NCBI GenBank assembly: GCA_964016885.1
Contig: OZ024740.1
Span: 9,548,001 to 9,612,000 of the forward strand
Direction of reading: 5' to 3'
DNA length: 64,000 nt
Source: Eledone cirrhosa
Lineage: Eukaryota
The position numbers were made by a program, and so were the translations under genes. Of this stretch, positions 25,301-38,016 are shown one piece after another; positions within the stretch are counted from its first letter, which is position 1, and each line of letters begins with the position of its first letter. The notes beneath the pieces are model-generated. The model saw only the letters and a program-made list of their open reading frames with translations, made no database searches and had not been told where the DNA came from.

Positions 25301-28300
25301 TTTCTATTGGTATGTCAGTTTCTATTGGGATATCAGTTTCTATTGGTATGTCAGTTTCGATTGGTATGTCAGTTTCGATTAGTATATCAGTTTCTATTGG
25401 TATGTCAATTTCGATTGGTATGTCAGTTTCGATTGGTATATCAGTTTCTATTGGTATGTCAGTTTATATTTGTATATCAGTTGCAATTGGTATGTCAGTT
25501 TCGATTAGTATATCAGTTTCTATTGGTATGTCAGTTTCTATTGGTATGTCAGTTTCTATTGGTATATCAGTTTCTATTGGTATGTCAGTTTTGATTAGTA
25601 TGTCAGTTTCTATTGGTATATCAGTTTTGATTGTTATGTCAGTTTCTATTTGTCTGTCAGTTTCTATTGGTATATCAGTTTCGATTGGTATGTCAGATTC
25701 GATAGGTATATCAGTTTCGATTAGTATGTCAGTTTCAATTGGTATGTCAGTTTCTATTGGTATATGAGTTTCTATTGGTATGTGAGTTTCTATTGGTATG
25801 TCAGTTTCTATTGGTATATCAGTTTCTATTGGTATGTCAGTTTAAATTGGCATGTCAGTTTCGATTAGTATATCAGTTTCTATTGGTAAGTCAGTTTGTA
25901 TTGGTATATCAGTTTCGAATGGTATATCAGTTTCGATTTGTATGTCAGTTTCTATTGGTATATCAGTTTCCATTTGTATATCAGTTTCGATTGGTATGTC
26001 AGTTTCTATTGGTATGTCAGTTTCTATTGGTATGTCAGTTTCTATTGGTATATCAGTTTCGATTGGTATGTCACTTTCTATTGGTATGTCAGTTTCTATT
26101 GGGATATTAGTTTCTATTGGTATGTCAGTTTCGATTGGTATGTCAGTTTCGATTAGTATATCAGTTTCTATTGGTATGTCAATTTCGATTGGTAAGTCAG
26201 TTTCGATTGGTATATCAGTTTCTATTTGTATGTCAGTTTATATTTGTATATCAGTTGCGATTGGTATGTCAGTTTCGATTGGTATATCAGTTTCAATTCG
26301 TATGTCAGTTTCGATTGGTATGTCAATTTCGATTGGTATATCAGTTTCGGTTGGTATGTCAGTTTCGATTGGTATGTCAGTTTCTATTGATATACGAGTT
26401 TCGATTGGTATATCAGTTTCAATTGGTATGTCAGTTTCGATTGGTATGTCAGTTTCTATTGGTATACGAGTTTCGATTGGTATATCAGTTTCGGTTGGTA
26501 TGTCAGTTTCGATTGGTATATCAGTTTCTATTGGTATATCAGTTTCGATTGGTATGTCAGTTTCTATTTGTATGTTAGTCCTCGATTTGTATGTCAGTTT
26601 CTATTGGTACATCAGTTTCGATTGGTCTATCAGTTTCAATTGGTATATTAGTTTCGATTGTTATGTCAGTTTCTATTGGTATATCAGTTTCGATTGACAT
26701 ATCAGTTTCGATTAGTATGTCAGTTTCTATTGGTATGTCAGTTTTGACTGGTACATTAGTCCTTGATTTGTATGTCAGTTTCTATTGGTATATCAGTATC
26801 GATTGGTATGTCAGTTTCGATTAGTATATCAGTTTCATATGGTATGTCAGTTTTGATTGGTATGTCAGTTTGGATTGGTATATCAGTTTCGATTAGTATG
26901 TCAGTTTCTATTGGTATATCGGTTTCAATTGGTATATCAGTTTCAATTGGTATGTCACTTTCTAGTGGTATATCAGTTTCTATTGGTATGTCAGTTTCTA
27001 TTAGTATATCAGTTTCTATTGATATGTCAGTTTCGATTGGTATGTCAGTTTCTATTGGTATATCAGTTTCGATTGGTATATCCGTTTCGATTGGTATGTC
27101 TATTTCTATTGGTATGTCAGTTTTATTGGTATGTCAGTTTCGATTGGTATATCAGTTACGGTTGGTATGTTAGTTTCGATTGGTATATCAGTTTCTATTG
27201 GTATATCAGTTTCGATTGGTATGTCAGGTTCTATTTGTATGTCAGTTTCGATTGGTATATCAGTTTCGATTGGTATGTCAGTTTCGATTGGTCTATCAGT
27301 TTCGATTGGTATGTCAGTTTCGATTGGTATGTCAGTTTCGATTAGTATATCAGTTTCTATTGGTATGTCAGTTTATATTGGTATATCAGTTTCGATTGAT
27401 ATATCAGTATCGATTGATATATCAGTTTCTATTGGTATGCCAGTTTCGATTGGTATGTCAATTTCGATTGGTATGTCAGTTTCTATTGGTATATGAGTTT
27501 CTATTGGTATGTCAGTTTCTATTGGTATATGAGTTTCTATTGGTATGTCAGTTTCTATTGGTATGTCAGTTTCTATTGGTATATCAGTTTCTATTGGTAT
27601 GTCAGTTTCTATTGGTATGTCAGTTTCTATTGGTATATCTGTTTCTATTGGTATGTCAGTTTCTATTGGTATGTCAGTTTTGATTAGTATGTCAGTTTCT
27701 ATTGGTATATCAGTTTCGATTGGTATGACAGTTTCTATTGGTATGTCAGTTTCTATTGGTATGTCAGTTTCTATTGGTATATCAGTTTCTATTGGTATGT
27801 CACTTTCTATTGGTATGTCAGTTTCTATTGGGATATCAGTTTCTATTGGTATGTCAGTTTCGATTGGTATGTCAGTTTCGATTAGTATATCAGTTTCTAT
27901 TGGTATGTCAATTTCGATTGGTATGTCAGTTTCGATTGGTATATCAGTTTCTATTGGTATGTCAGTTTATATTTGTATATCAGTTGCAATTGGTATGTCA
28001 GTTTCGATTAGTATATCAGTTTCTATTGGTATGTCAGTTTCTATTGGTATGTCAGTTTCTATTGGTATATCAGTTTCTATTGGTATGTCAGTTTTGATTA
28101 GTATGTCAGTTTCTATTGGTATATCAGTTTTGATTGGTATGTCAGTTTCTATTTGTCTGTCAGTTTCTATTGGTATATCAGTTTCGATTGGTATGTCAGA
28201 TTCGATAGGTATATCAGTTTCGATTAGTATGTCAGTTTCAATTGGTATGTCAGTTTCTATTGGTATATGAGTTTCTATTGGTATGTGAGTTTCTATTGGT

Positions 28301-29299
28301 ATGTCAGTTTCTATTGGTATATCAGTTTCTATTGGTATGTCAGTTTAGATTGGCATGTCAGTTTCGATTAGTATATCAGTTTCTATTGGTAAGTCAGTTT
28401 GTATTGGTATATCAGTTTCGAATGGTATATCAGTTTCGATTAGTATGTCAGTTTCTATTGGTATATCAGTTTCCATTTGTATATCAGTTTCGATTGGTAT
28501 GTCAGTTTCTATTGGTATGTCAGTTTCTATTGGTATGTCAGTTTCTATTGGTATATCAGTTTCGATTGGTATGTCACTTTCTATTGGTATGTCAGTTTCT
28601 ATTGGGATATTAGTTTCTATTGGTATGTCAGTTTCGATTGGTATGTCAGTTTCGATTAGTATATCAGTTTCTATTGGTATGTCAATTTCGATTGGTAAGT
28701 CAGTTTCGATTGGTATATCAGTTTCTATTTGTATGTCAGTTTATATTTGTATATCAGTTGCGATTGGTATGTCAGTTTCGATTGGTATATCAGTTTCAAT
28801 TCGTATGTCAGTTTCGATTGGTATGTCAATTTCGATTGGTATATCAGTTTCGGTTGGTATGTCAGTTTCGATTGGTATGTCAGTTTCTATTGGTATACGA
28901 GTTTCGATTGGTATATCAGTTTCGATTGGTATGTCAGCTTCTATTGGTATATCAGTTTCTATTGGTATATCAGTTTCTATTGGTATGTCAGTTTCGATGG
29001 TTATGTCAGTTTCCATTGGTATATCAGTTTCGATTGATATATCAGTTTCGATTAGTATGTCAGTTTCTATTGGTATGTCAGTTTCGATTGTTATGTTAGT
29101 CCTCGATTTGTATGTCAGTTTCTGTTGGTATATCAGTTTCAATTGGTATGTCAGTTTTGATTAGCATATCAGTTTCTATTTGTATGTCAATTTCGATTGG
29201 TATATCAGTTTCGGTTGGTATGTCAGTTTCGATTGGTATGTCAGTTTCTATTGGTATACGAGTTTCGATTGGTATATCAGTTTCAATTGGTATGTCAGT
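22397..29299. repeat. 18-bp satellite array, segment 5, with ~2.5-2.7 kb higher-order repeat
   Basis: Near-identical pseudo-ORFs recur at 23223/25852/28355 and at 20949/24134/26763 (offsets 2629, 2503, 3185). Confidence 0.93.
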
Positions 29300-31560
29300 A
29301 AGCAGAGGATAGAAAATTCAAGCAAGCAGAGGATACAAAATTCAAGTATGTTTTACAACGTGAGGACCAGAAACAGGAGGTATTCAAGATTGCGATGCAG
29401 TGTGTCAGAGATAGTTGTGATGTCATTGGAGAGAAGTGTATCCGGAATGATAAAGGTGAGCTTGCCCTCACAAGTGCTGAGAAGAAAGATGCATGGAAGA
29501 GTCATTATGATAGATTACTAAATGAGGAGAATGCATGGGAAGAAGAGACCCTACCCCATGTAGACCCTATAGAGGGACCAGCAGTACAAGTCAGCGGCAG
29601 CGTAGTAAGTAAGGCAATCAGAGATATGAAGATAGGGAAGGCAACCGGTCCATCGGGTATAGCTGCCGAGATGCTGAAGGCATCTGGGTCTGTAGGTCAC
29701 ACTATAACCACATGTATCGTTAACCAGGTAATACTAGAGGGGGCCATAACCAAAAGATTGGTGCAGTAGCATCATTGTCAACTGCTACAAAGGTAAAGGC
29801 GATGCACTAGATAGAGGAAACTATAGAGGTATAAAGTTGATGGACCAGGTCATGAAAGTAAAAGAAAGAGTTATAGCAGAGTTGATTAGGGACCGGGTGA
29901 ATATAGACGAGATGCAATTTGGGTTTGTACCAGGGAAAGGCACCACTGATGCCCTCTTCCTTGTGAGGCAATTACAGGAAAAGTACCTAGCTAAAAGTAA
30001 GCCACTCTACTTGGCATTTGTCGACCTTGAGAAAGCCTTTGACAGAGTTCCACGTGCGGTAATCTGGTGGGCTCTTAGAAAACTAGGAGTAGATGAATGG
30101 CTTGTGAAAGCGGTACAAGCCATGTATAGGGGAGCAGTCAGCAAAGTTAGGATTAGCAATGAGTATAGCGAGGAATTTAGCGTACAGGTTGGGGTCCACC
30201 AGGGCTCTGTTCTTAGCCCTCTCCTGTTCATCATAGTCCTGCAGGCAATAACGGAGGAGTTTAAGACCGGATGCCCATGGGAACTCCTGTATGCTGATGA
30301 CCTCGCACTCATAGCTGAATCTATGATAGAACTAGAGAATAAATTCCAAACCTGGAAGCAGGGACTAGAGAGAAAGGGCCTCAAAGTCAACATGACAAAG
30401 ATTAAGGTCCTTATAAGTAGATGAGAAAACAGAACCCAGATCCCCTCAGGGAAATGGCCTTGCTCAGTATGTAGGAAAGGTGTAGGTAGGAACTCCATTC
30501 TCTGCCCCAAATGCAAACAATGGGTACACAAGAGATGTAGCGGGATCTCAGGAAGCTTAATTAAGAATGTAGGATTCACATGCAGCATCTGTGCTGAAAC
30601 AGCAAGCAGCAAACAGCCACAGGAAACAAGTACCACCAATCTCTGGGAGGGCCCTGTAGAAACAGTAGACAGCTCCTGCTACCTAGGTGACCGAATTAGC
30701 AATGGAGGTGGGTGCTCAGAAAGTACAATAACTAGGGTAAGAACGGGATGGAAGAAGTTTAGGGAACTACTACCACTGCTAGCTGCAAAAGGCTTCTCCC
30801 TCAGAATGAAAGGCAGACTGTATGATGCGTGTATCCGAACAGCGATGTTGCATGGTAGTGAGACCTGGGCGCTGAAGGTGGAAGACTTACGTAGAATAGA
30901 GAGAAACGAAGCCTGCATGTTCCGATGGATGTGTAACAGTAATATACGTGAACGACAAAGCATAAAGGAATTGAGAGAGAGACTGAGCATAAGAGGAATC
31001 AAATGCTGCGTGCAGGAGAGGCGGTTACGCTGGTATGGACATGTGATGCGTATGAAGGATGACAGCTGCATAAAAAGGTGCAGAGCACTAGAAGTTGATG
31101 GAAACCGCGGAGTGGGGAGACCCAAGATGACTTGGGATGAGGTGATAAAAGCCGACCTTACCCAACTACACCTCTCAAAGACAATGACACACGACCGTGA
31201 CTTCTGGCGTCACGCAGTAATACAGGGTACCCGACCTCCCATGGGTACATGCTGAAGCATATAAATAATATGCCCCCACTCCCCCCACCGCAAGGTGGTC
31301 GTGGAGGTGCCACGGCAAAAAAGCACCCAGCCCACACTGTAAAGTGGACGTGTAGGCGCCACGAAAAATCACCCAGCACTCACTGTAAATTTGGTTGGTG
31401 TTAGGAAGGGCATCCAGCTGTAGAAATCAAGCCAGATCAGTTCCTGTATGAGCAAGGCATGGTCAGCCGACCAGACACTGCCCACAACAGGACAACCCAT
31501 CTAACCCATGCTAGCGTGGAAGAACGGACGTAAAACGGTGATGATGATGATGATGATGAT
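29300..31560 (+). mobile_element. 5'-truncated RTE family A (defective)
   Basis: RT region near-identical to 12514-14741. +1 frameshift near 29748, CGA>TGA at 30422, (GAT)n tail. Confidence 0.96.
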
Positions 31561-34500
31561 ATCAGTTTCTATTGCTTTGTCAGTTTCGATTGGTATATCA
31601 GTTTTGAATTGTATGTCAGTTTCGAATTGTATGTCAGTTTCGATTGGTATATCAGTTTTGAATTGTATGTCAGTTTCGAATGGTATGTCAGTTTCGATTG
31701 GTATATCAGTTTTGAATTGTATGTCAGTTTCGAATTGTATGTCAGTTTCGATTGGTATATCAGTTTTGAATTGTATGTCAGTTTCGAATGGTATGTCAGT
31801 TTCGATTGGTATATCAGTTTCGAATGGTATGTCAGTTTCGAATGGTATATCAGTATCCATTGGAATATCCGTTTCGATTGGTATGTCAGTTTCTATTGGT
31901 ATATCTGTTTCGATTGGTATGTCAGTTTCTATTGGTATGTCAAGTTCTATTGGTATGTAAGTTTCTATTGGTATGTCAGTTTCGATTAGTATGTCAGTTT
32001 CGATTGGTATGTCAGTTTCGATTGGTATATCAGTTTCTATTGGTATATCTGTTTCTATTGGTATGTCAGCTTCGATTGGTAAGTCATTTTCTATTGGGAT
32101 GTCAGTTTCGATTGGTATGTCAGTTTCGATTGGTATATCAGTTACTATTGGTATATCTGTTTCTATTGGTATGTCAGCTTCGATTGGTAAGTCATTTTCT
32201 ATTGGGATGTCAGTTTCGATTAGTATGTCAGTATCGATTAGTATATCAGTTTCGATTGGTATATCAGTTTCGATTGGTATGTCAGTTTCGATTGATTTGT
32301 CAGATTCGATTGGTATGTCAGTTTCTATTAGTATATCAGTTTCGATTGGTATGTAAGTTTCTATTGGTATGTCAATTTCGATTGCTATATCAGTTTCGAC
32401 TGGTATATCAGTTTCTATTGCTATATCAGTTTCTATCGGTATGTTCAGTTTCGATTGGTATGTCAGTTTCTATTAGTATATCAGTTTCGATTGGTATGTT
32501 TGTTTCTATTGGTATGTCAGTTTCTATTAGTATATCAGTTACTATTGGGATGTCAGTTTCGTTTGGTATGTCAGTTTCTATTGTTAAATCAATTTCGATT
32601 GGTGTATCAGTTTCTATTAGTATGTCAGTTTCTATTGGTATATCAGTTTCTATTGGTATATCAGTTTCCATTGGTATATCAGTTTCGATTATTATATCAG
32701 TTTCTATTGGTATATCAGTTTCGATTGATATGTCAGTTTCAATTGGTATATCAGTTGTGATCGATATATCAGTTTCGATTGGAATATCAGTTACGATTGG
32801 TACGTCAGATTCTATTGGTTTATCAATTTCGATTGGTATGTCAGTATCGATTAGTATATGAGTTTCTATTTGTATGTCAGTTTCTATTGGTATATCAGTT
32901 TTGATTGGCATATCAGCTTCGATTAGTATGTCAATGTCGATAGGTATGTCAGTTTCGATTGGTATATCAGTTTTGAATTGTATGTCAGTTTCGAATGGTA
33001 TGTCAGTTTCGATTGCTATATCAGTTTTGAATTGTATGTCAGTTTCGATTGGAATATCCGTTTCGATTGGTATGTCAGTTTCTATTAGTATATCAGTTTC
33101 GATTGGTATGTCAGTTTCTATTAGTACGTCAGTTTCGATTAGTATATCTGTTACTATTGGTATGTCAGTTTCGATTGGTATGTCAGTTTCTATTGGTATG
33201 TCAATTTCGATTGGTGTATCAGTTTCTATTAGTGTGTCAGTTTCTATTGGTATATCAGTTTCTATTGGTATATCAGTTTCGATTGGTATGTCAGTTTCTA
33301 TTGGTATATCAGTTTCGATTGGTATAACAGTTTCGATTGGTATGTCAGTTTCGATTAGTATGTCATTTTCGAATGGTATGTCAGTTTCGATTGGTATGTC
33401 AGTTTCGATTGGTATGTCAGTTTCGATTGGTAAATCATTTTCGATTAGTATATTAGTTTAGATTGATATGTCAGTTTCGATTGGTATATCAGTTTCTATT
33501 GGTATGTTAGTTTCAATTAGTATGTCAGTCTTAATTGGTTTATCAGTTTCGATTGGTATATCAGTTTCTATTGGTATGTCAGTTTCGATTGGTATGTCAG
33601 TTTCAATTGGTATATCAGTTTCGATTGGTATGTCAGTTTCAGTTGGTATATCAGTTTCGATTAGTATGTCCGTTTCGATTGGTATGTCAGTTTTGATTAG
33701 TATATCAGTTTCGATTAGTATATCAGTTTTGATTGGTATGTCAGTTTCGATTGTTATATCAGTTTCTATTGGTATATCAGTTTCTATTAGTATATGAGTT
33801 TCGATTAGTATATCAGTTTCGATTAGTATATCAGTTTCGATTGTTATATCAGTTTCTATTGTTATATCAGTTTTGATTAGTATATCAATTTCTATTAGTA
33901 TATCAGTTTCGATTAGTATATCTGTTTCGATTAGTATATCAGTTTCTATTGGTATATCAGTTTCTATTGGTATATCAGTTTCTATTGGTATGTCAGTTTC
34001 GATTAGTATATCAGTTTCGATTACTATATCATTTTCGAGTAGTATATCAATTTCGATTGGTATATCAGTTTCGATTAGTATGTCAGTTTCGATTAGTATG
34101 TCAGTTTCGATTGATATGTCAGTTTCGATTAGTATATCAGTTTCGATTGTTATATCAGTTTCGATTAGTATATCAGTTTCTATTGGTATATCAGTTTCTA
34201 TTGGTATGTCAGTTTTGATTAGTATATCAGTTTCGATTACTATATCATTTTCAAGTAGTATATCAATTTCGATTGGTATATCAGTTTCGATTAGTATGTC
34301 AGTTTCGATTGATATGTCAGTTTCGATTAGTATATCAGTTTTGATTGGTATGTCAGTTTCGATTGCTATATCAGTTTCTATTGGTTTGTCAGTTTCGATT
34401 GGTATGTAAGTTTCGATTATTATGTTGATTGGTATATAAGATTTTGATTGGTATATCTGTTTCGATTAGTATGTCTGTATCGATTGGTATATCAGTTTCT

Positions 34501-35975
34501 ATTACTATGTCAGTTTCGATTAGCCTATCAGTTTCGATAAGTATGTTAGTTTCTATTGGTATATCAGTTTCGATTGGTATGTCATTTTCGATTGGTATAT
34601 CAGTTTCTATTTGTATATCAGTTTCGATTGGTATGTCAGTTTCGAATTGTATGTCAGTTTCCCTAGGTATATCAGTTTCGATTAGCATGTCAGTTTCGAT
34701 TGGTATATCAGTTTCGATTGGTATGTCAGTTTCGAATCGTATGTCGGTTTCCCTTGGTATATCAGTTTCGATTAGTATGTCAGTTTCAATTGTTATATCA
34801 GTCTTGATTGGTATATCAGTTTCGATTGGTATATCAGTTTCGATTGGTATAACAGTTTCGATTGGTTTGTCAGTTACGATTGGTATATCCGTTTCTATTG
34901 GTATGTCAGTTTCGATTTGTATATCAGTTTCTATTGGTATGTCGGTTCCGATTAGTATGACATTTTAGAATGGCATGTCAGTTTCGATTGGTATGTCAGT
35001 TTCGATTGGTATATCAGTTTCGATTGGTATGTCAGTTTCTATTAGTATGTCAGTTTCTATTGGTATGTTATTTTCGATAGGTATGTCATTTTCGATTGGT
35101 ATATCAGTTTCTATTCGTATATCAGTTTCGCTTAGTATGTCAGTTTCGATTGGTATATCAGTTGATGATGATGATGATGATGATGATGATATCAATTTCG
35201 ATTTGTTATATCAGTTTCTATTGGTATCTCAGTTTTGATTAGTATGTCATTTTCGAATGGTATGTCAGTTTCGATTGGTATGTCAGTTTTGATTGGTATA
35301 TCAGTTTCGATTGGTATATCAGTTTAGATTGATATGTCAGTTTCGATTGGTATATCAGTTTCGATTGGTATATCAGTTTCGATTATTATGTCAGTTTCGA
35401 TTAGTATGTCAGTTTCGATTGCTATATCAGTTTCTATTGGTATGTTAGTTTCAATTAGTATGTCAGTCTTAATTGGTATATCAGTTTCGATTGGTATATC
35501 AGTTTCTATTGGTATGTTAGTTTCGATTGGTATGTCAGTTTCAATTAGTATATCAGTTTCGATTGGTATGTCAGTTTCGATTGGTATATCAGTTTCTATT
35601 GGTATATCAGTTTCGATTAGTATGTCCGTTTCGATTGGTATGTCAGATTTGATTAGTATATCAGTTTCGATTAGTATATCAGTTCTATTGTTATGTCAGA
35701 TTCTATTGGTATGTCCGTTTCGATTAGCATATCAGTTTCGATTACTGTATCAGTTTCGAGTAGTATATCAATTTCGATTGGTATATCAGTTTCGATTAGT
35801 ATATCAGTTTCGATTAGTATGTCAGTTTCGATTGATATGTCAGTTTCGATTGTTATATCAGTTTCGATTGTTATATCAATTTCTATTAGTATGTCAGTTC
35901 CGATTAGTATATCAATTTCGATTACTATATCATTTTCGAGTAGTATATTAATTTCGATTGGTATATCAGTTTCGA
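31561..35975. repeat. 18-bp satellite array, segment 6 (diverged monomeric domain)
   Basis: Same 18-mer but richer in ATTAGT/GAATTGT variants, and the 19-bp marker monomer was not seen. Contains an orphan (GAT)9 at 35164-35190. Confidence 0.95.
35164..35190 (+). mobile_element. Tail-only RTE insertion, (GAT)9
   Basis: GGTATATCAGTT-(GAT)9-ATCAATTTCG: same junction phase as the RTE tails. Confidence 0.6.
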
Positions 35976-36853
35976 TAGAGTCAGAACTGGTTGGAAAAAG
36001 TTCAGAGAGCTTATACCACTATTAGCTGCTAAAGGGTTCTCCCTAAAAATGAAAGGCAGGTTGTACGATGCCTGCATACGAACAGCAATGTTGCATGGTA
36101 GTGAGACCTGGGCATTGTGTGCAGAGGATATACGCAGACTAGAGAGGAACGAAGCTTGCATGCTCCGCTGGATGTGTAACAGTAATATACGTGAACGGCA
36201 AAGCATAAACGAACTAAGGAAAAAATTAGAGATAAGAGGGATCAGATGTTGTTTACTCGAGAGAAGGCTGCGTTGGTATGGACACGTGATGCGCATGAAA
36301 GTCGATAGCTGTATTACAAAGTGCAGGGCAATAAAGATAGACGGTAGCCACGGAATAGGCAGACCTAGAAAAACATGGGATGAGCTGATAAACTCCGACC
36401 TCACACACTTACACCTCTCCAAGACAATGTCACTGGACCGTGACCTTTGGCGGTACTCAGTAACAGAGAAGACCCGCCTTGCCAGTAGGCATCTCTAACA
36501 AAATACACCCCTCCCGCCGCCACCCCCACCCCATCCACACCACCCCGTTCTATGTAAAGTTATGTTGGTGCCGCGCCATCCAGGCCGAAACAAATGAGAT
36601 CGTGTAGGTGTCACGACAAAAAAACACACAGTCCACGCTGTAATGTGGCCGTGTAGGCAACACGGTAAAAACCTCCCAGACCCACACTGTAAATGTGGTT
36701 GGTGTTAGGAAGGGCATCCAACTGTAGAAAACCTGCCAGACAGTCCTATGCGAGCAAGACAATCACTCTTGCCTCAAGTGGGACTACCCCCGTCCAAACC
36801 CATGCAAGCGTGGAACACGGACGTTAAACGTTGATGATGATGATGATGATGAT
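35976..36853 (+). mobile_element. 5'-truncated RTE family B
   Basis: Matches 19489-20400; (GAT)n tail followed by GTCAGTTTCG. Confidence 0.95.
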
Positions 36854-37188
36854 GTCAGTTTCGATTAGTATTTCAGTTTCGTTTCGTATATCAGTTTCGA
36901 TTGGTATGTCAGTTTCGATTAGTATGTCAGTTTCGATTAGTATGTCAGTTTCGATTGGTATATAAGATTTTGATTGGTATATCCGTTTCGATTGGTATGT
37001 CAGTTTCTATTGGTATATCAGTTTCTATTGGTATGTCAGTTTCGATTGGTATATCAGTTTCGATTAGTATGTCAGTTTCGATTAGTATGTCAGTTTCGAT
37101 TAGTATGTCATTTTCGATTGGTATATAAGATTTTGATTGGTATATCCGTCTCGATAAGTATGTCAGTTTCAATTGGTATATCAGTTAC

Positions 37189-37304
37189 ATGAGAAAACCC
37201 GCCAGACAGTCCTATGTGAGCAAGACAACCACTCTAGCCTCAACTGGGAAAACTCCCGTCCAAACCCATGCGAGCGTGGAATATGGACGTTGAACGATGA
37301 TGAT
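37189..37304 (+). mobile_element. Tiny diverged 3' end of RTE family B
   Basis: Matches the family B terminal ~110 nt. The rare variant TCAGTTAC lies on both sides, consistent with a target-site duplication. Confidence 0.9.
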
Positions 37305-37486
37305 GTCAGTTACGATTGGTATATCATTTTCGATTGGTATGTCAGTTTCTATTGGTATATCAGTTTCTATTGGTATATCAGTTTCTATTGGTATATCAGT
37401 TTCTATTGGTATATCAGTTTCGATTGGTATATTAGTTTCGATTTGTATATCAGTTTCTATTGTTATGTCAGTTTCAATTAGTATGT

Positions 37487-37838
37487 GCGTGAACGACCCA
37501 GCATAAATGTGTTGAGAGAGAAACTGTGTCTGAGAGGAATAGAATGTAGTGTACGGGAGAGGAGACTGTGGTGGTATGGACATGTGATGCGCATGGAGGA
37601 TGACCGATGGGTGAAGAAGTGCCAGGAAATGCCAGTTGAGGGACGACGTGGTAGAGGTAGACCACGAAAAACATGGGCGGAGGTGGTGAGAACAGACCTC
37701 AGATCATTGAAGCTCACGGTGGAGATGACGAGGGACCGTGACGAGTGGAGAGATGCTGTGCTGAATAAGACCCGTCCCACCCTTGCAAGCAGGGAAAAGC
37801 AGACGTAAAATGATGATGATGATGATGATGATGATGAT
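37487..37838 (+). mobile_element. 5'-truncated RTE, third family (C)
   Basis: RERRLWWYGHVMRM...GRGRPRKTW...KTRP. The stop codon is followed almost directly by (GAT)n, and the sequence is distinct from A and B. Confidence 0.9.
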
Positions 37839-38016
37839 GTCAGTTTCGATTGGTATCTCAGTTTCGATTGGTATATCAGTTTTGATTAGTATATCAGTTT
37901 AGATTGATATGTCAGTTTCAATTGTTATATCAGTTTCGATTAGTATGTCAGTTTCGATTAGTATATCAGTTTCGATCAGTATATCAGTTTCGATTGGTAT
38001 TTCAGTTTCGATTGGT

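Larger units (their letters stand above)
36854..38016. repeat. 18-bp satellite array, segment 7, interrupted by two short RTE pieces
   Basis: Same 18-mer. Confidence 0.9.
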
